IMG/VR virus record: IMGVR_UViG_3300020187_000015
Location: 41,789 to 105,788 of that record
Strand: one strand, 5' to 3'
DNA from: a virus
DNA: 64,000 bases
Every line of letters begins with the position of its first letter. Position 1 is the first letter of the stretch. This document shows, piece by piece, positions 9,125 to 18,753 of this stretch. The translations under genes were made by a program, and so were the position numbers. The notes under the pieces were generated by a model, which was not told the origin of the DNA, did no database searches, and saw nothing but the letters and a program-made list of their open reading frames with translations.

Positions 9125-9757
9125 ATGAATAAAAATAATAAAATAAAACAAATTCAAGAAGAGTATGATAAACTAGGGCTAAATTCTTGTTCCGTACCAG
9201 AAGAGGATGGCTGGATATTTGAATCTGCTATGAATATAACGGAATCAAATAATATTCTAGAAATTGGATTTTATAAGGGTGGTAGTGCATTTATTATGCT
9301 TTCTTTAGATGAAGGTGTGAATTTAACTTCAGTTGACCCTATAGATGGATTGGCTTCCGAAGCATATCAAGCTGCTGAACAAAAGCAGTATGATGAAAAA
9401 CTCAAAGCAACAGAAAAAGTTAAAGAAAAGTTTGATGATCGATTTACTTTCATTAGAAAGTATTCTCAAGATGTCAGACCAGATTTAGAAGGGCAGTCTT
9501 TTGATATGATATTTATTGACGGTGATCATTGGGAAAGTGGCATAAGAAATGACTTTCAATTAATGCTAGATTTGAAAATTCCATATGCTCTAGTAGATGA
9601 TTGGATACAGCCAAATAATTGCCACAAATCAGTTCCAACAGTATGGGCAGAAAGTTTTCAAGATAAATTGAAAATGAAAACAGTTTTTTTTAGACATGCT
9701 ATTTCTTGCAATGGTGGTCCGATACCAGTTGTATTGCTGGAAAACTTGACCCTTTAG
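9125..9757 (+). CDS. Class I SAM-dependent methyltransferase (Methyltransf_24-like)
   Basis: ILEIGFYKGGSA, VDP, FDMIFIDGDH, VDD. Confidence 0.85.
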   Translation: MNKNNKIKQIQEEYDKLGLNSCSVPEEDGWIFESAMNITESNNILEIGFYKGGSAFIMLSLDEGVNLTSVDPIDGLASEAYQAAEQKQYDEKLKATEKVKEKFDDRFTFIRKYSQDVRPDLEGQSFDMIFIDGDHWESGIRNDFQLMLDLKIPYALVDDWIQPNNCHKSVPTVWAESFQDKLKMKTVFFRHAISCNGGPIPVVLLENLTL

Positions 9758-9762
9758 AAAGC

Positions 9763-10518
9763 ATGAAGAACTTACCCATATCATTAACGTTGTATACAAC
9801 AACCAAAGGACATTTTGGCTACAAGGATTGTGCTAAAGATACAATTAATCATCTTTCTAAGATTGACGAAGGTTGTTTTTCTAACAAGTCTGCCCACATA
9901 AAGGTATGTGATAGCCAGGAAGGTGAAGACAAGTGCGAGGATTTAAAGTCTTTCTTTAAATCAAAAGGTTTTGATGTATTCACGACAAAGGGTAATTGGA
10001 ACAGAAAAAACAATAATCATGCAATAGAGTATTTCAAAGACATGGAAACTCTAATGAATGAAAATGTTGTTCACGATAATGAATTTATCCTATTCCACGA
10101 AGATGACTGGTTAATAAACACTGAAAAGCCTTTGATATATCTTTTGCAGGAGGGCATAAAATTGATGAAAGCAAATAAGGATATTCTTTGTGTAAGAGTT
10201 AATGCAGATATAAATACAGATGTTTCAAAAGCCACAAAAATCACAAATGAAATATACTTACAAAATTTTGATTATACTGAATATGGGCCAACAATAACAT
10301 TTCAGCCTACTCTAATGAGAACTAGAGATTGGTATGCAGCAGTAAGACAAATAAACCGAAATGATTTGAGATTCAAATCCCATTGCGAATTACTTAGCGG
10401 CATGTTTATGAAGGGGCTTTTTGCAACAGTGAGTACGCCATTTGCTTTCTTTGATCCTAATACGATTAATGCTACCCACATTGGCTCAGAAGAGTTTGCA
10501 AAGGAGAATACTAAATGA
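9763..10518 (+). CDS. Putative GT-A glycosyltransferase
   Basis: FILFHEDDW, TFQPTLMR and HIG motifs; start moved to the ATG at 9763. Confidence 0.65.
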   Translation: MKNLPISLTLYTTTKGHFGYKDCAKDTINHLSKIDEGCFSNKSAHIKVCDSQEGEDKCEDLKSFFKSKGFDVFTTKGNWNRKNNNHAIEYFKDMETLMNENVVHDNEFILFHEDDWLINTEKPLIYLLQEGIKLMKANKDILCVRVNADINTDVSKATKITNEIYLQNFDYTEYGPTITFQPTLMRTRDWYAAVRQINRNDLRFKSHCELLSGMFMKGLFATVSTPFAFFDPNTINATHIGSEEFAKENTK

Positions 10519-10568
10519 TTTACTTTGATGAAGGCAGATCAGATTATATTTTAGATTGGTGGCTATGA
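10515..10568 (+). CDS. 17-aa mini-ORF (MIYFDEGRSDYILDWWL) coupled to both neighbours
   Basis: ATGA overlaps with the upstream stop and with the downstream start; AAGGAG upstream. Confidence 0.45.
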   Translation: MIYFDEGRSDYILDWWL

Positions 10569-11320
10569 AAATAGGTTTTATGCTTTGTGCTTTCAATCAA
10601 GAAGAGTTTCTTGATGGCTGCTTACAGGACCTTGTTCCTTTTTGTAAGGAGTATGGTCATATTATTAGTGCTGTTTCAGTACCTTTTCTCGAATATAAAG
10701 ATAAAGGTATAAAGTACGATGGCACTACTAGTATTTTAAAAGGTAAGTTAAAAAATGGTGATATTGATTATTTGATTAGTGATCCCAAATACATAACAGA
10801 TGCTGAAGCGAGAAACTTCGCCCTGAAGCCTCTTCTCGAAAATGATTGCGACTTAATATTCTTGATTGATTCTGATGAAAAATTCAGCAAATTGGATTTA
10901 GAAAACATTATTAATTATGTAGAGAATTCTGAATTTATTGATTGGTGGGCTATAAGCTACAAAAATTACGTTGGTAATGGTTACTTGATAGAGCCTTTTA
11001 CTCCACCAAGAATATTCAAAGTAAACGCAAGGGGTTTAAAAGCCTCTCATTTTTATTTTGATAACGACTTACTTTACATCTCTAAAGATGGAAGTGAGTT
11101 GAATTACAAATCCCTGTCCAATAAAGTTATTCCACAGTCCATCGCATGGGTTCCACATTTTACTTGGACTAATACAGAAAGAAATAAGCTCAAAATAGAA
11201 TATCAAAACATTCATAATCATGGCTGCTCATACAAATGGGAAGATGGAGAGGTTAAGTTGAATGATGATTTTTATCATCGAAACAATCTTATCAAACCAA
11301 ATATAATCTATGAAGATTAG
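10565..11320 (+). CDS. GT2-like glycosyltransferase
   Basis: CAFNQEEFL, DGTT, EARNFAL, LIDSDE (DxD), PRIFK. Confidence 0.8.
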   Translation: MKIGFMLCAFNQEEFLDGCLQDLVPFCKEYGHIISAVSVPFLEYKDKGIKYDGTTSILKGKLKNGDIDYLISDPKYITDAEARNFALKPLLENDCDLIFLIDSDEKFSKLDLENIINYVENSEFIDWWAISYKNYVGNGYLIEPFTPPRIFKVNARGLKASHFYFDNDLLYISKDGSELNYKSLSNKVIPQSIAWVPHFTWTNTERNKLKIEYQNIHNHGCSYKWEDGEVKLNDDFYHRNNLIKPNIIYED

Positions 11321-11479
11321 ATATTTAAAATTTAAGTTAAAATTGTATTTGACAACTCCAATATTTTCATCATACATAAGGGCTGCAACAATTGCAGCAG
11401 TTGGATAAAATATCCAAAATAAAAAACACCACCAAATAAAAATGAAAGAAAAAAAAGAAATGCAAGTTAACGTTGATGG
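11294..11479 (+). repeat. Direct repeat copy 1 (~180 bp: GT 3' end, promoter, hairpins, first ~13 codons)
   Basis: Aligns with 12166-12351 at offset 872; 4 mismatches over 11294-11467. Confidence 0.95.
11349..11417 (+). promoter_or_regulatory. TTGACA promoter followed by two 7-3-7 inverted repeats
   Basis: TTGACA at 11349; GCTGCAA-CAA-TTGCAGC and TTGGATA-AAA-TATCCAA. Confidence 0.6.
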
Positions 11480-12161
11480 AGAAGTTATGGATGAATTAAA
11501 AAAAAATAGAGAGAGCTTATTAAAAAGTATGCATAGTAGTTTTTTTGGTTGTTTTACGCAACAAAGGCATGAAGCTTTTGCGGCAATTAATGATCTTTTA
11601 AATTATTATAATTTTACAAATATTATTGAAATCGGAACCCATGACTGTGGATTATCTATACCTCTTGCTCTTTATTGCTTGAATTCAAAAATTCCAGTTG
11701 AAGCAGAAAATCCCTCAGAGCCATCTACCCATAAAGCCAGAACTCATCATAAACAACCAAAACAATTTTACACTATGGATATAACTGTAAGAGATATTCA
11801 TTCTATAAAATTAATTATTGGGATGGGAGCAAAGTTTTTTAAAGAAGATTGCTTTTTAAAAGAAGCTGAAATTGGAAATTTAATCCAACAAAATGGACGA
11901 AGTCTGTTATTATGTGACGGAGGGGACAAACCAAAGGAAGTAAATACTTTTGCCAAATATCTTAAAAAGGGCGACATTATCATGGGTCACGATTATTTTC
12001 ATAGTGAAGAGGAGGAAGAAAAATATCTTAATAAAATTTGGTATGGCAAGGAATTATGTTATAAAGATGTAGAAAAAACTTTGGAGAAAGAAAATATTTC
12101 TGTAATTTACAGAGAAACTTTTGATCCAGTAGTTTGGATGTGCGCTATAAAAAACGAATAA
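11442..12161 (+). CDS. SAM-dependent methyltransferase (CmcI/Methyltransf_24-like)
   Basis: IIEIGTHDCG, LLCDGGDK, LKKGDIIMGHDY. Confidence 0.8.
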   Translation: MKEKKEMQVNVDGEVMDELKKNRESLLKSMHSSFFGCFTQQRHEAFAAINDLLNYYNFTNIIEIGTHDCGLSIPLALYCLNSKIPVEAENPSEPSTHKARTHHKQPKQFYTMDITVRDIHSIKLIIGMGAKFFKEDCFLKEAEIGNLIQQNGRSLLLCDGGDKPKEVNTFAKYLKKGDIIMGHDYFHSEEEEEKYLNKIWYGKELCYKDVEKTLEKENISVIYRETFDPVVWMCAIKNE

Positions 12162-12165
12162 AATA

Positions 12166-12351
12166 AAACCAAATATAATCTATGAAGATTAGATATTTAA
12201 AATTTAAGTTAAAATTATCTTTGACAACTCCAATATTTTCATCATACATAAGGGCTGCAACAATTGCAGCAGTTGGATAAAATATCCAAAATAAAAAACA
12301 ACACCAAATAAAAATGAAAGAAAAGAAAGAAATGCAAGTAGAGGTCGATGG
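12166..12351 (+). repeat. Direct repeat copy 2
   Basis: See copy 1. Confidence 0.95.
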
Positions 12352-12487
12352 GAAATTTGAGACCAGGGAAGTGGACTTTATTGTCCATAGAGATGGTTCC
12401 CCTTTTAGATATCCAAAGATTAATGACTTCGAACATATTTACGAAAATGAAAAAAGAATATTTGTTTTTACTAGTACGGTAAAGTAG
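12314..12487 (+). CDS. 57-aa hypothetical protein (MKEKKEMQVEVDGKFETREV...TVK)
   Basis: Manual translation; lies behind the repeat-borne promoter and shares its N-terminus with 11442..12161. Confidence 0.6.
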   Translation: MKEKKEMQVEVDGKFETREVDFIVHRDGSPFRYPKINDFEHIYENEKRIFVFTSTVK

Positions 12488-12597
12488 ATTCCGTTACACA
12501 ATTTAGAGCTATAATTTTATTTCTTTTAAACTTCTTGCAAAAGTTTTTTGAAAGATGTAATTACCTATTGCCCTAACATACAAAACAAAAAAAACAA

Positions 12598-13566
12598 ATG
12601 ATATTCGAAGAACAAATCGCAAGAAAACCAGATCACTATCCTTGGACAGAGGAATTCATGAGAGCAATGTGGGAAGGACATTGGACAGATAAAGAATTTA
12701 GCTTTACGTCCGATGTTCAAGACTACAAAATTAACATGACTGACCAAGAAAGGGAGATTATTATTAGAGCCTTATCGGCCATCGGGCAGATAGAGATAGC
12801 TGTTAAGACGTTCTGGGCTAAGATTGGAGACAATCTTCCTCATCCATCTATTAGAGATATGGGTTACGTCATGGGCAATATCGAAGTAATTCACAACAAC
12901 GCATATGAGCGCCTGATTGAAGTGCTTGGTTTGGATGACGTATTCGAGCAAAATCTTAAACTGGATTGGATCGATGGTCGAGTTAAGTACCTAAAGAAGT
13001 ATACTCATAGATATTATAAAGACTCTAAAAAACAGTTCGTTTATGCTTTGATACTATTTACTCTTTTTGTAGAAAATGTGAGCCTATTCTCTCAATTTTA
13101 TATCATAAACTGGTTTGGCAAAAAGAACTTGTTGAAGGATACTAATCAGCAAACAGCATATACTGCTAGAGAAGAAGATATCCACGCAAAGATAGGTATC
13201 AAGCTAGTCAACGTTATTCGTAAAGAGCATCCAGAACTTTTTGATAAAGATCTAGAAGACAAAATCCTACATGAAGCAGAAGAGGCTTTTAAGGCAGAGT
13301 CTCAAATTATTGAATGGATGATCAATGGGATTAAAGAAGAGGGGCTGTCTTCAGATCTGCTCAAAGAGTTCGTAAAAAGTAGGTTAAATGATTCTCTTGA
13401 ACAAATTGGCTACAAAAAGATTTTTGAAGTTGACAGTGAACAATTGGAGAGTACGCTTTGGTTTGATGAAGAGGTATTAGGTAATTCAGCTACGGATTTC
13501 TTTAACTCTCGTCCAGTGGAATACAGCAAAGGAAACAAGTCTTTTGATGAAGACGATTTATTTTAA
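12598..13566 (+). CDS. nrdB: Class I ribonucleotide reductase, beta subunit
   Basis: Di-metal ligands IEVIH and EEDIH, radical Tyr (NNAY), C-terminal DFF motif. Confidence 0.95.
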   Translation: MIFEEQIARKPDHYPWTEEFMRAMWEGHWTDKEFSFTSDVQDYKINMTDQEREIIIRALSAIGQIEIAVKTFWAKIGDNLPHPSIRDMGYVMGNIEVIHNNAYERLIEVLGLDDVFEQNLKLDWIDGRVKYLKKYTHRYYKDSKKQFVYALILFTLFVENVSLFSQFYIINWFGKKNLLKDTNQQTAYTAREEDIHAKIGIKLVNVIRKEHPELFDKDLEDKILHEAEEAFKAESQIIEWMINGIKEEGLSSDLLKEFVKSRLNDSLEQIGYKKIFEVDSEQLESTLWFDEEVLGNSATDFFNSRPVEYSKGNKSFDEDDLF

Positions 13567-13571
13567 AATTA

Positions 13572-15218
13572 ATGGAAAAATATTATTGGTTAAACGAAGA
13601 CTCTAGAACATTTCTTTCTAGAGGTTATTTAAAAAAGGGTCAAAGCCCAGAAGGTAGAATTTCTGAGATTGCCGAAAATGCTGAGAAGATTCTTGGTGTA
13701 GATGGGTTTGCAGAAAAATTCTTAGACTATATGTCTAAAGGTTTTTACTCTCTATCTACCCCTGTATGGGTCAACTTTGGTAACAAGAGAGGTCTTCCAG
13801 TGTCATGCTTTAATTCTCACGTATCGGATACTATGGAGTCGATCTTAGATAAAGCTTCCGAGGTGGGCATTATGTCTAAAATGGGAGGTGGTACTTCTGG
13901 ATTTTTCGGAGAGCTTAGGGCTAGAGGTAAAAATATTTCTGTTGGTGGCGAGTCGTCGGGACCAATCCATTTCATGGAAATTTTTGACAAAATCGCTGAA
14001 GTCGTTAGTCAAGGTTCTGCAAGGCGAGGATCTTTTGCTGCTTACCTTCCCGTTGAGCATCCTGACATTGAAGAGTTTTTGCAGATTAGAGAGGATGGGC
14101 ATCCTATTCAAAAAATGAGTATTGGGGTTACGATCACCGATGACTGGATGGAGTCAATGACCGCAGGGGATAAAGATAAAAGAAAGGTTTGGGGTAAGAT
14201 TATAAAGAAGCGTTTTGAGAGCGGTTACCCTTATATCTTTTTCTCTGACACGGTCAACAACAACTCGCCTAAGATATATCAAGATCTTGACAGAAAGATA
14301 AACAGTTCTAACCTTTGTTCTGAAATTTGCCTTAGCTCTAATGAAAACGAGTCTTTTGTCTGTGTATTATCTTCTTTAAATTTACTACACTGGGACAAAA
14401 TTAAAGAAACTGATGCAGTAGAAACTCTAACATATTTTCTTGATGCAGTTAATCAGGAGTTTGTTGATAAGACTGAGAATATCAAGCACATGGAATCTTC
14501 GCACAAGTTCGCTAAATCTCAAAGAGCTTTGGGTATGGGAGCTTTGGGCTGGCATTCTCTACTTCAATCTAAAGGCATTTCCTTTGAAGGTCTAGAGGCA
14601 AATATACTTAACAGTTCAATTTGGAGTGAAATAGAAAGTAGATCACTAAAAGCATCAAAAGAGATGGCTGATAAGTTTGGTGAACCAGAAATGCTAAAGG
14701 GTAAAGGAATAAGAAATGTTACTAGACTAGCAATAGCCCCAACAACATCATCCTCTTTCATTCTGGGTCAAGTATCTCCGTCTATTGAGCCGTTGAATAG
14801 TAATTACTTTGTAAAAAAACTGGCTAAAGGAAATTTTACTTATAAAAACCCTTTCTTGAAGTCACTTTTAGAATCTAAAGGTGAGAATAGTCCAGAATCT
14901 TGGAGATCAATCTTACTGCATGGTGGATCAGTGCAACACCTAGACTTCTTAAGTCAAGAGGAGAAGAATGTATTTAAAACATTTGGGGAGATATCTCAAA
15001 AAGACATTGTTATTCAAGCATCTTCTAGGCAAAAGTTTATAGACCAATCCCAGTCCCTCAATTTAATGATTGGACCAGAGGTAAAACCCAAAGATGTTAG
15101 CGACTTGTTGATTTTTGGCTGGAAGTCTGGAATTAAAACGTTCTATTATCAAAGAAGTGCTAATCCCTCTCAAGAATTAAGTCGGAAGATTAATAACTGT
15201 ACTTCCTGTGAAGGATGA
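13572..15218 (+). CDS. nrdA: Class I ribonucleotide reductase, alpha subunit (no ATP cone)
   Basis: SCF, SNLCSEI, AIAPTTSSS, KTFYY, C-terminal CTSCEG. Confidence 0.95.
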   Translation: MEKYYWLNEDSRTFLSRGYLKKGQSPEGRISEIAENAEKILGVDGFAEKFLDYMSKGFYSLSTPVWVNFGNKRGLPVSCFNSHVSDTMESILDKASEVGIMSKMGGGTSGFFGELRARGKNISVGGESSGPIHFMEIFDKIAEVVSQGSARRGSFAAYLPVEHPDIEEFLQIREDGHPIQKMSIGVTITDDWMESMTAGDKDKRKVWGKIIKKRFESGYPYIFFSDTVNNNSPKIYQDLDRKINSSNLCSEICLSSNENESFVCVLSSLNLLHWDKIKETDAVETLTYFLDAVNQEFVDKTENIKHMESSHKFAKSQRALGMGALGWHSLLQSKGISFEGLEANILNSSIWSEIESRSLKASKEMADKFGEPEMLKGKGIRNVTRLAIAPTTSSSFILGQVSPSIEPLNSNYFVKKLAKGNFTYKNPFLKSLLESKGENSPESWRSILLHGGSVQHLDFLSQEEKNVFKTFGEISQKDIVIQASSRQKFIDQSQSLNLMIGPEVKPKDVSDLLIFGWKSGIKTFYYQRSANPSQELSRKINNCTSCEG

Positions 15219-15537
15219 TATACTAAATAAGGAGGAGATGGATCTACTCAAGGAAGATTCCCTACCTTCCATAAATCGGTGTCTCGATGTTATAATTAAA
15301 TCGCGAGACATCGTTATGGATACGCATAAGTGGAGCGTAGATCGCAGAACGGACGATAGAGTTCTGGATTTATACTCCGCTCTATGTATTTCCTACAAAG
15401 GTATGGTTAAATATAAGAATAAGTTTGCTAGAAGTCAAAAACTTGAATCCATGATAAACAATAAGGAGGATTTTACATCCTCTTACTTAGTATGCACAAG
15501 AATTATAGAAAGAATGCTAAAAGAATACAAAGAATAG
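15208..15537 (+). CDS. Hypothetical protein
   Basis: 109-aa ORF filling the operon gap. Confidence 0.55.
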   Translation: MKDDILNKEEMDLLKEDSLPSINRCLDVIIKSRDIVMDTHKWSVDRRTDDRVLDLYSALCISYKGMVKYKNKFARSQKLESMINNKEDFTSSYLVCTRIIERMLKEYKE

Positions 15538-15573
15538 TTGCTCAATTGCTCTAATCTCAATATCATCTTCCGT

Positions 15574-16602
15574 ATGAAGAAAGTAATTATTACTGGTGTT
15601 ACGGGGCAAGTTGGATCTTATATGGTAGATTTTCTGTTGAAAAATACAGACTACAAGATTTTTGGAGCAATCAGAAGATTGAGCGTACCAAATCATCGGA
15701 ATATTAGCCATATCGACAACCCGCGCTTTGAATTGATCGAAATGGATCTGACGGATGAACCAAGCATCTCATCATGTATCCATGAAATTAACCCAGATTA
15801 TTTTATTAATTTTGCTGCGAACTCTTTCGTAGGAAATAGCTGGAAAATGCCAATAAATCATTTTGATGTTAATGCCGTAGGTGTTATGCGTCAACTTGAG
15901 GCGATAAGAAAGTTTTGCCCTAACTGTAGATATTATAATGCTGGATCTTCGGAAGAATTTGGCGATGTTGCGTATAGCCCACAAGACCTCAAGCATCCAT
16001 CCAGACCAAGAAGTCCGTATGGTGCGGCTAAAGTTGCAGCTAGACAAATAGTAAAGGTATGGAGAGACTCATACGACCTGTATGCGGTTCAGGGCTATTT
16101 GTTTAATCATGAGTCGGAGCGCCGTGGCGAAGAGTTCGTAACAAGAAAGATTACTAAGGCTGTAGCTAGAATCAAGAAGTCTATTGAAAGTGAAGAAGAT
16201 TTTAAGCCGCTAGAGCTTGGGAACATGAACGCCAAGAGAGACTGGAGTCATGCAGAGGATTTCGTTGAAGCAGTTTGGCTAATGATGAATCAGGAAAATC
16301 CCAAAGACTATCTTCTTGCTTCTGGCGAAACTCACACAGTAAGAGAGTTTGTTGATTTGGCATTTAAAAATGCTGATATTAATAACAGCTATTTTGAATG
16401 GGTTGGCTCAGAAGAGAGCGAAATTTTATATTGTAATGGTAAAGCTGTTGTTAGGGTTAATCCTGAGTTTTATCGGCCAGCAGAGGTTGACTTATTGCTA
16501 GGTGATCCATCAGAAGCTGTAAATGAATTGGGTTGGATCAAGAGAGTAGATTTTGAGACTTTAGTCAAAAGAATGGTTAATAATGATTTAATCATTGACT
16601 AA
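15574..16602 (+). CDS. gmd: GDP-mannose 4,6-dehydratase
   Basis: ITGVTGQVGSY, PRSPYGAAK, FNHESERRGEEFVTRKIT, RDWSHA, RPAEVDLLLGD. Confidence 0.95.
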   Translation: MKKVIITGVTGQVGSYMVDFLLKNTDYKIFGAIRRLSVPNHRNISHIDNPRFELIEMDLTDEPSISSCIHEINPDYFINFAANSFVGNSWKMPINHFDVNAVGVMRQLEAIRKFCPNCRYYNAGSSEEFGDVAYSPQDLKHPSRPRSPYGAAKVAARQIVKVWRDSYDLYAVQGYLFNHESERRGEEFVTRKITKAVARIKKSIESEEDFKPLELGNMNAKRDWSHAEDFVEAVWLMMNQENPKDYLLASGETHTVREFVDLAFKNADINNSYFEWVGSEESEILYCNGKAVVRVNPEFYRPAEVDLLLGDPSEAVNELGWIKRVDFETLVKRMVNNDLIID

Positions 16603-16630
16603 TACTCTACTATTAGCATAGTCATAATTT

Positions 16631-17236
16631 ATGATTAAAAGAATTAGGGGAATATACAAAGGAAACATATGCAAAAAGGGAGAATATGGAATAGCGCCAA
16701 AAATGCTTTTTATAGATCTTTATGCAGACGACCAGTTCCTATGTAGCTCTTACGACTTTTCTTTATTAAAATCTTTTAAAAATTTAAACATTAAGCCAAG
16801 CAATCTTATTGAGTTTGATGCTACTGTAGAAACGGAAGACGGATTAAAGATAAAGAGACCCAAAAATGTAAAAAAGATTGACCTGTCCTTCTTGAAAGAT
16901 TCTTTTGAATACTGTTCAAGTAAATTTATCAAGAAAAAGAAGGCCTTGTCTCGTGAAGAAATGAAGTCAGAGAAAATTGCATTCATAAGGATGTATAATA
17001 ACTATGGAGATGATTTTAACTTTTGGAAATTTCTAACACTTGGCTTCGAGTTGAATTCACTGCACTGGTTTTTAACTGACAAGGGGGAGAAATTTGTTAG
17101 AGAAAACCTAAAAAAGTATTATTATAATAATGTTGACATTCCAGAAATAAAGCCTAACTATATTCTTGAAGATGAGTTCGTCGCAGAAAAGATTGAACTA
17201 AAAAAACCTAAAACAATTATGAATTTTTTAAAATAA
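16631..17236 (+). CDS. Hypothetical protein
   Basis: 201-aa ORF behind TTGACT-N16-CATAGT; coupled to the recA-like gene. Confidence 0.65.
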   Translation: MIKRIRGIYKGNICKKGEYGIAPKMLFIDLYADDQFLCSSYDFSLLKSFKNLNIKPSNLIEFDATVETEDGLKIKRPKNVKKIDLSFLKDSFEYCSSKFIKKKKALSREEMKSEKIAFIRMYNNYGDDFNFWKFLTLGFELNSLHWFLTDKGEKFVRENLKKYYYNNVDIPEIKPNYILEDEFVAEKIELKKPKTIMNFLK

Positions 17237-18339
17237 TGGCCAAGCAAAAAATAAAAGAGGGTATGGACCCCACATCTCAGTTAACTTCGTTCTTAAAGCA
17301 GAACAAGGATGATCACTTTAATTTCGAAGAGTCTGTTGACTTTAGCGTTACCCAAGGAAGTCTACTACTTGACTTACATGTTGGGAAGATTACCCCAGGA
17401 ATCATTCGTCATACTGGAGTTAGTAGGGGTGGAAAAACTTCTCAAATGCTGGAAGATGTTAAGAACTTTCTACAGGGAGTAGAAAACGCAAGATGTATTT
17501 GGGTGTTGGCTGAAGGTAGGCTAGGCAAAGAAACTAAGAAGCGTTCTGGTTTAAAGTTTACTCATGATCCAGAGACATGGGAAGATGGGAGTGTTTTTGT
17601 TTTCGAGTGCCAAGTATACGAAGCTGTATTTGATCTAGTGAGAAGCTTAATTCGTAACAACCCAGAAAATAAGAGATACTTTTTTGTCATTGATTCTACC
17701 AATGGCCTTAAGCGTAGGGAAGATCTAGAGAAGGCCTCTGGAGCCGTTGAGAAGGTCGCAGGAGCCGCCCTGATAACTTCTGACTTCCTTAGTCGTGTAT
17801 CACTCGCTATGTCCAAATTCGGCCATGTATGTGGCCTTATAGGTCAAGTTCGTTCAACTATTAGAATTAACCCGTATGAAAAGGGTTCTCCGCAACTTTC
17901 CAGCGCATCTGGTGGTGCAGCGCAAGATCACTATCCAACAATCTTCCTTGAGTTTCAGCCAAAGTATAAATCAGACTTGATTGGAGATCCAAACGATCCT
18001 TCTGGTCACTGGTGTAAAGTGAACGTTATTAAAACTGATAAAGAGAGGACCTTATCCGTTAAATATCCTATTAAATACAATTCTACTGGGACATCTGGAA
18101 GTGTTTGGCTTGAGTATGAAATTGCCAGCCTTATGATGGAATGGGGATTTGTTAAGAAGGCTGGGGCTTGGCTATCTTTTAGCAGTGAATTCCTTGAAGA
18201 GGCAAAATTAAATTCTCTAATCCCAGAAAACTCTGAAGATTTCAAGCTTCAAGGCGAACAGAAGCTTAGAGACTGGCTAGAAGAGAATGAGATTGCTAAA
18301 AAGTATTTATTTGAAAAATTTCAATCCCTGCTCTCTTGA
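17236..18339 (+). CDS. recA: RecA/UvsX-like recombinase
   Basis: GSLLLD, Walker A GVSRGGKT, FVIDS, GQVR, SGG, KKAGAW. Confidence 0.85.
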   Translation: MAKQKIKEGMDPTSQLTSFLKQNKDDHFNFEESVDFSVTQGSLLLDLHVGKITPGIIRHTGVSRGGKTSQMLEDVKNFLQGVENARCIWVLAEGRLGKETKKRSGLKFTHDPETWEDGSVFVFECQVYEAVFDLVRSLIRNNPENKRYFFVIDSTNGLKRREDLEKASGAVEKVAGAALITSDFLSRVSLAMSKFGHVCGLIGQVRSTIRINPYEKGSPQLSSASGGAAQDHYPTIFLEFQPKYKSDLIGDPNDPSGHWCKVNVIKTDKERTLSVKYPIKYNSTGTSGSVWLEYEIASLMMEWGFVKKAGAWLSFSSEFLEEAKLNSLIPENSEDFKLQGEQKLRDWLEENEIAKKYLFEKFQSLLS

Positions 18340-18752
18340 AGATAAAGAATATATTCGGCAAAGATGTAAACAAGTCTTTTGCAAAGAGTAAAATTGATTG
18401 GGATAGGTCCGTATCAAAACCTCAAAAACGAATAAAGGATATCGTTAAACCTCTTTGGTGCTTCCAAGATGTTCACGAAGAACTTTATATACCAAGTAGT
18501 AAGCTTAGGGTCGATCTAATTAACTTTACAACTTCAACAGTAATTGAAGTTTCCCCAAAACAGCATGATACATACAATGAGTTTTTCCACAAGGATAGGC
18601 AAAAATTTTTACGATCCCTAGAAAGGGACTTTAAAAAGATTGAATGGTGCGAAATGAATGGTTTTCAATATATCGAAATCGATGAGAAAACACTAAAACT
18701 AACAAATGAACAGATCTTTAATTTTATTAAGGATTCAATAGAAAGTGTATAA
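18336..18752 (+). CDS. Vsr/DUF559-like PD-(D/E)XK endonuclease
   Basis: LRVDL...IEVSPKQH...RDFKKIEWCEMNG. Confidence 0.65.
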   Translation: MKIKNIFGKDVNKSFAKSKIDWDRSVSKPQKRIKDIVKPLWCFQDVHEELYIPSSKLRVDLINFTTSTVIEVSPKQHDTYNEFFHKDRQKFLRSLERDFKKIEWCEMNGFQYIEIDEKTLKLTNEQIFNFIKDSIESV

Positions 18753-18753
18753 T

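Noticed and set aside
6642-12161. DNA hypermodification cluster
   Set aside because: No thymidylate-synthase-like hydroxymethylase, TET/JBP or base-modifying kinase in the window. Not excluded for the rest of the genome, but the heptose and Gmd genes point to surface or protein glycans
11294-12351. CRISPR array or IS element
   Set aside because: Only two long direct repeats; no spacers, transposase or terminal inverted repeats
15538-15573. In-frame TTG extension or readthrough into gmd
   Set aside because: Gmd homology starts at MKKVIITG (ATG 15574); the in-frame abutment is probably chance
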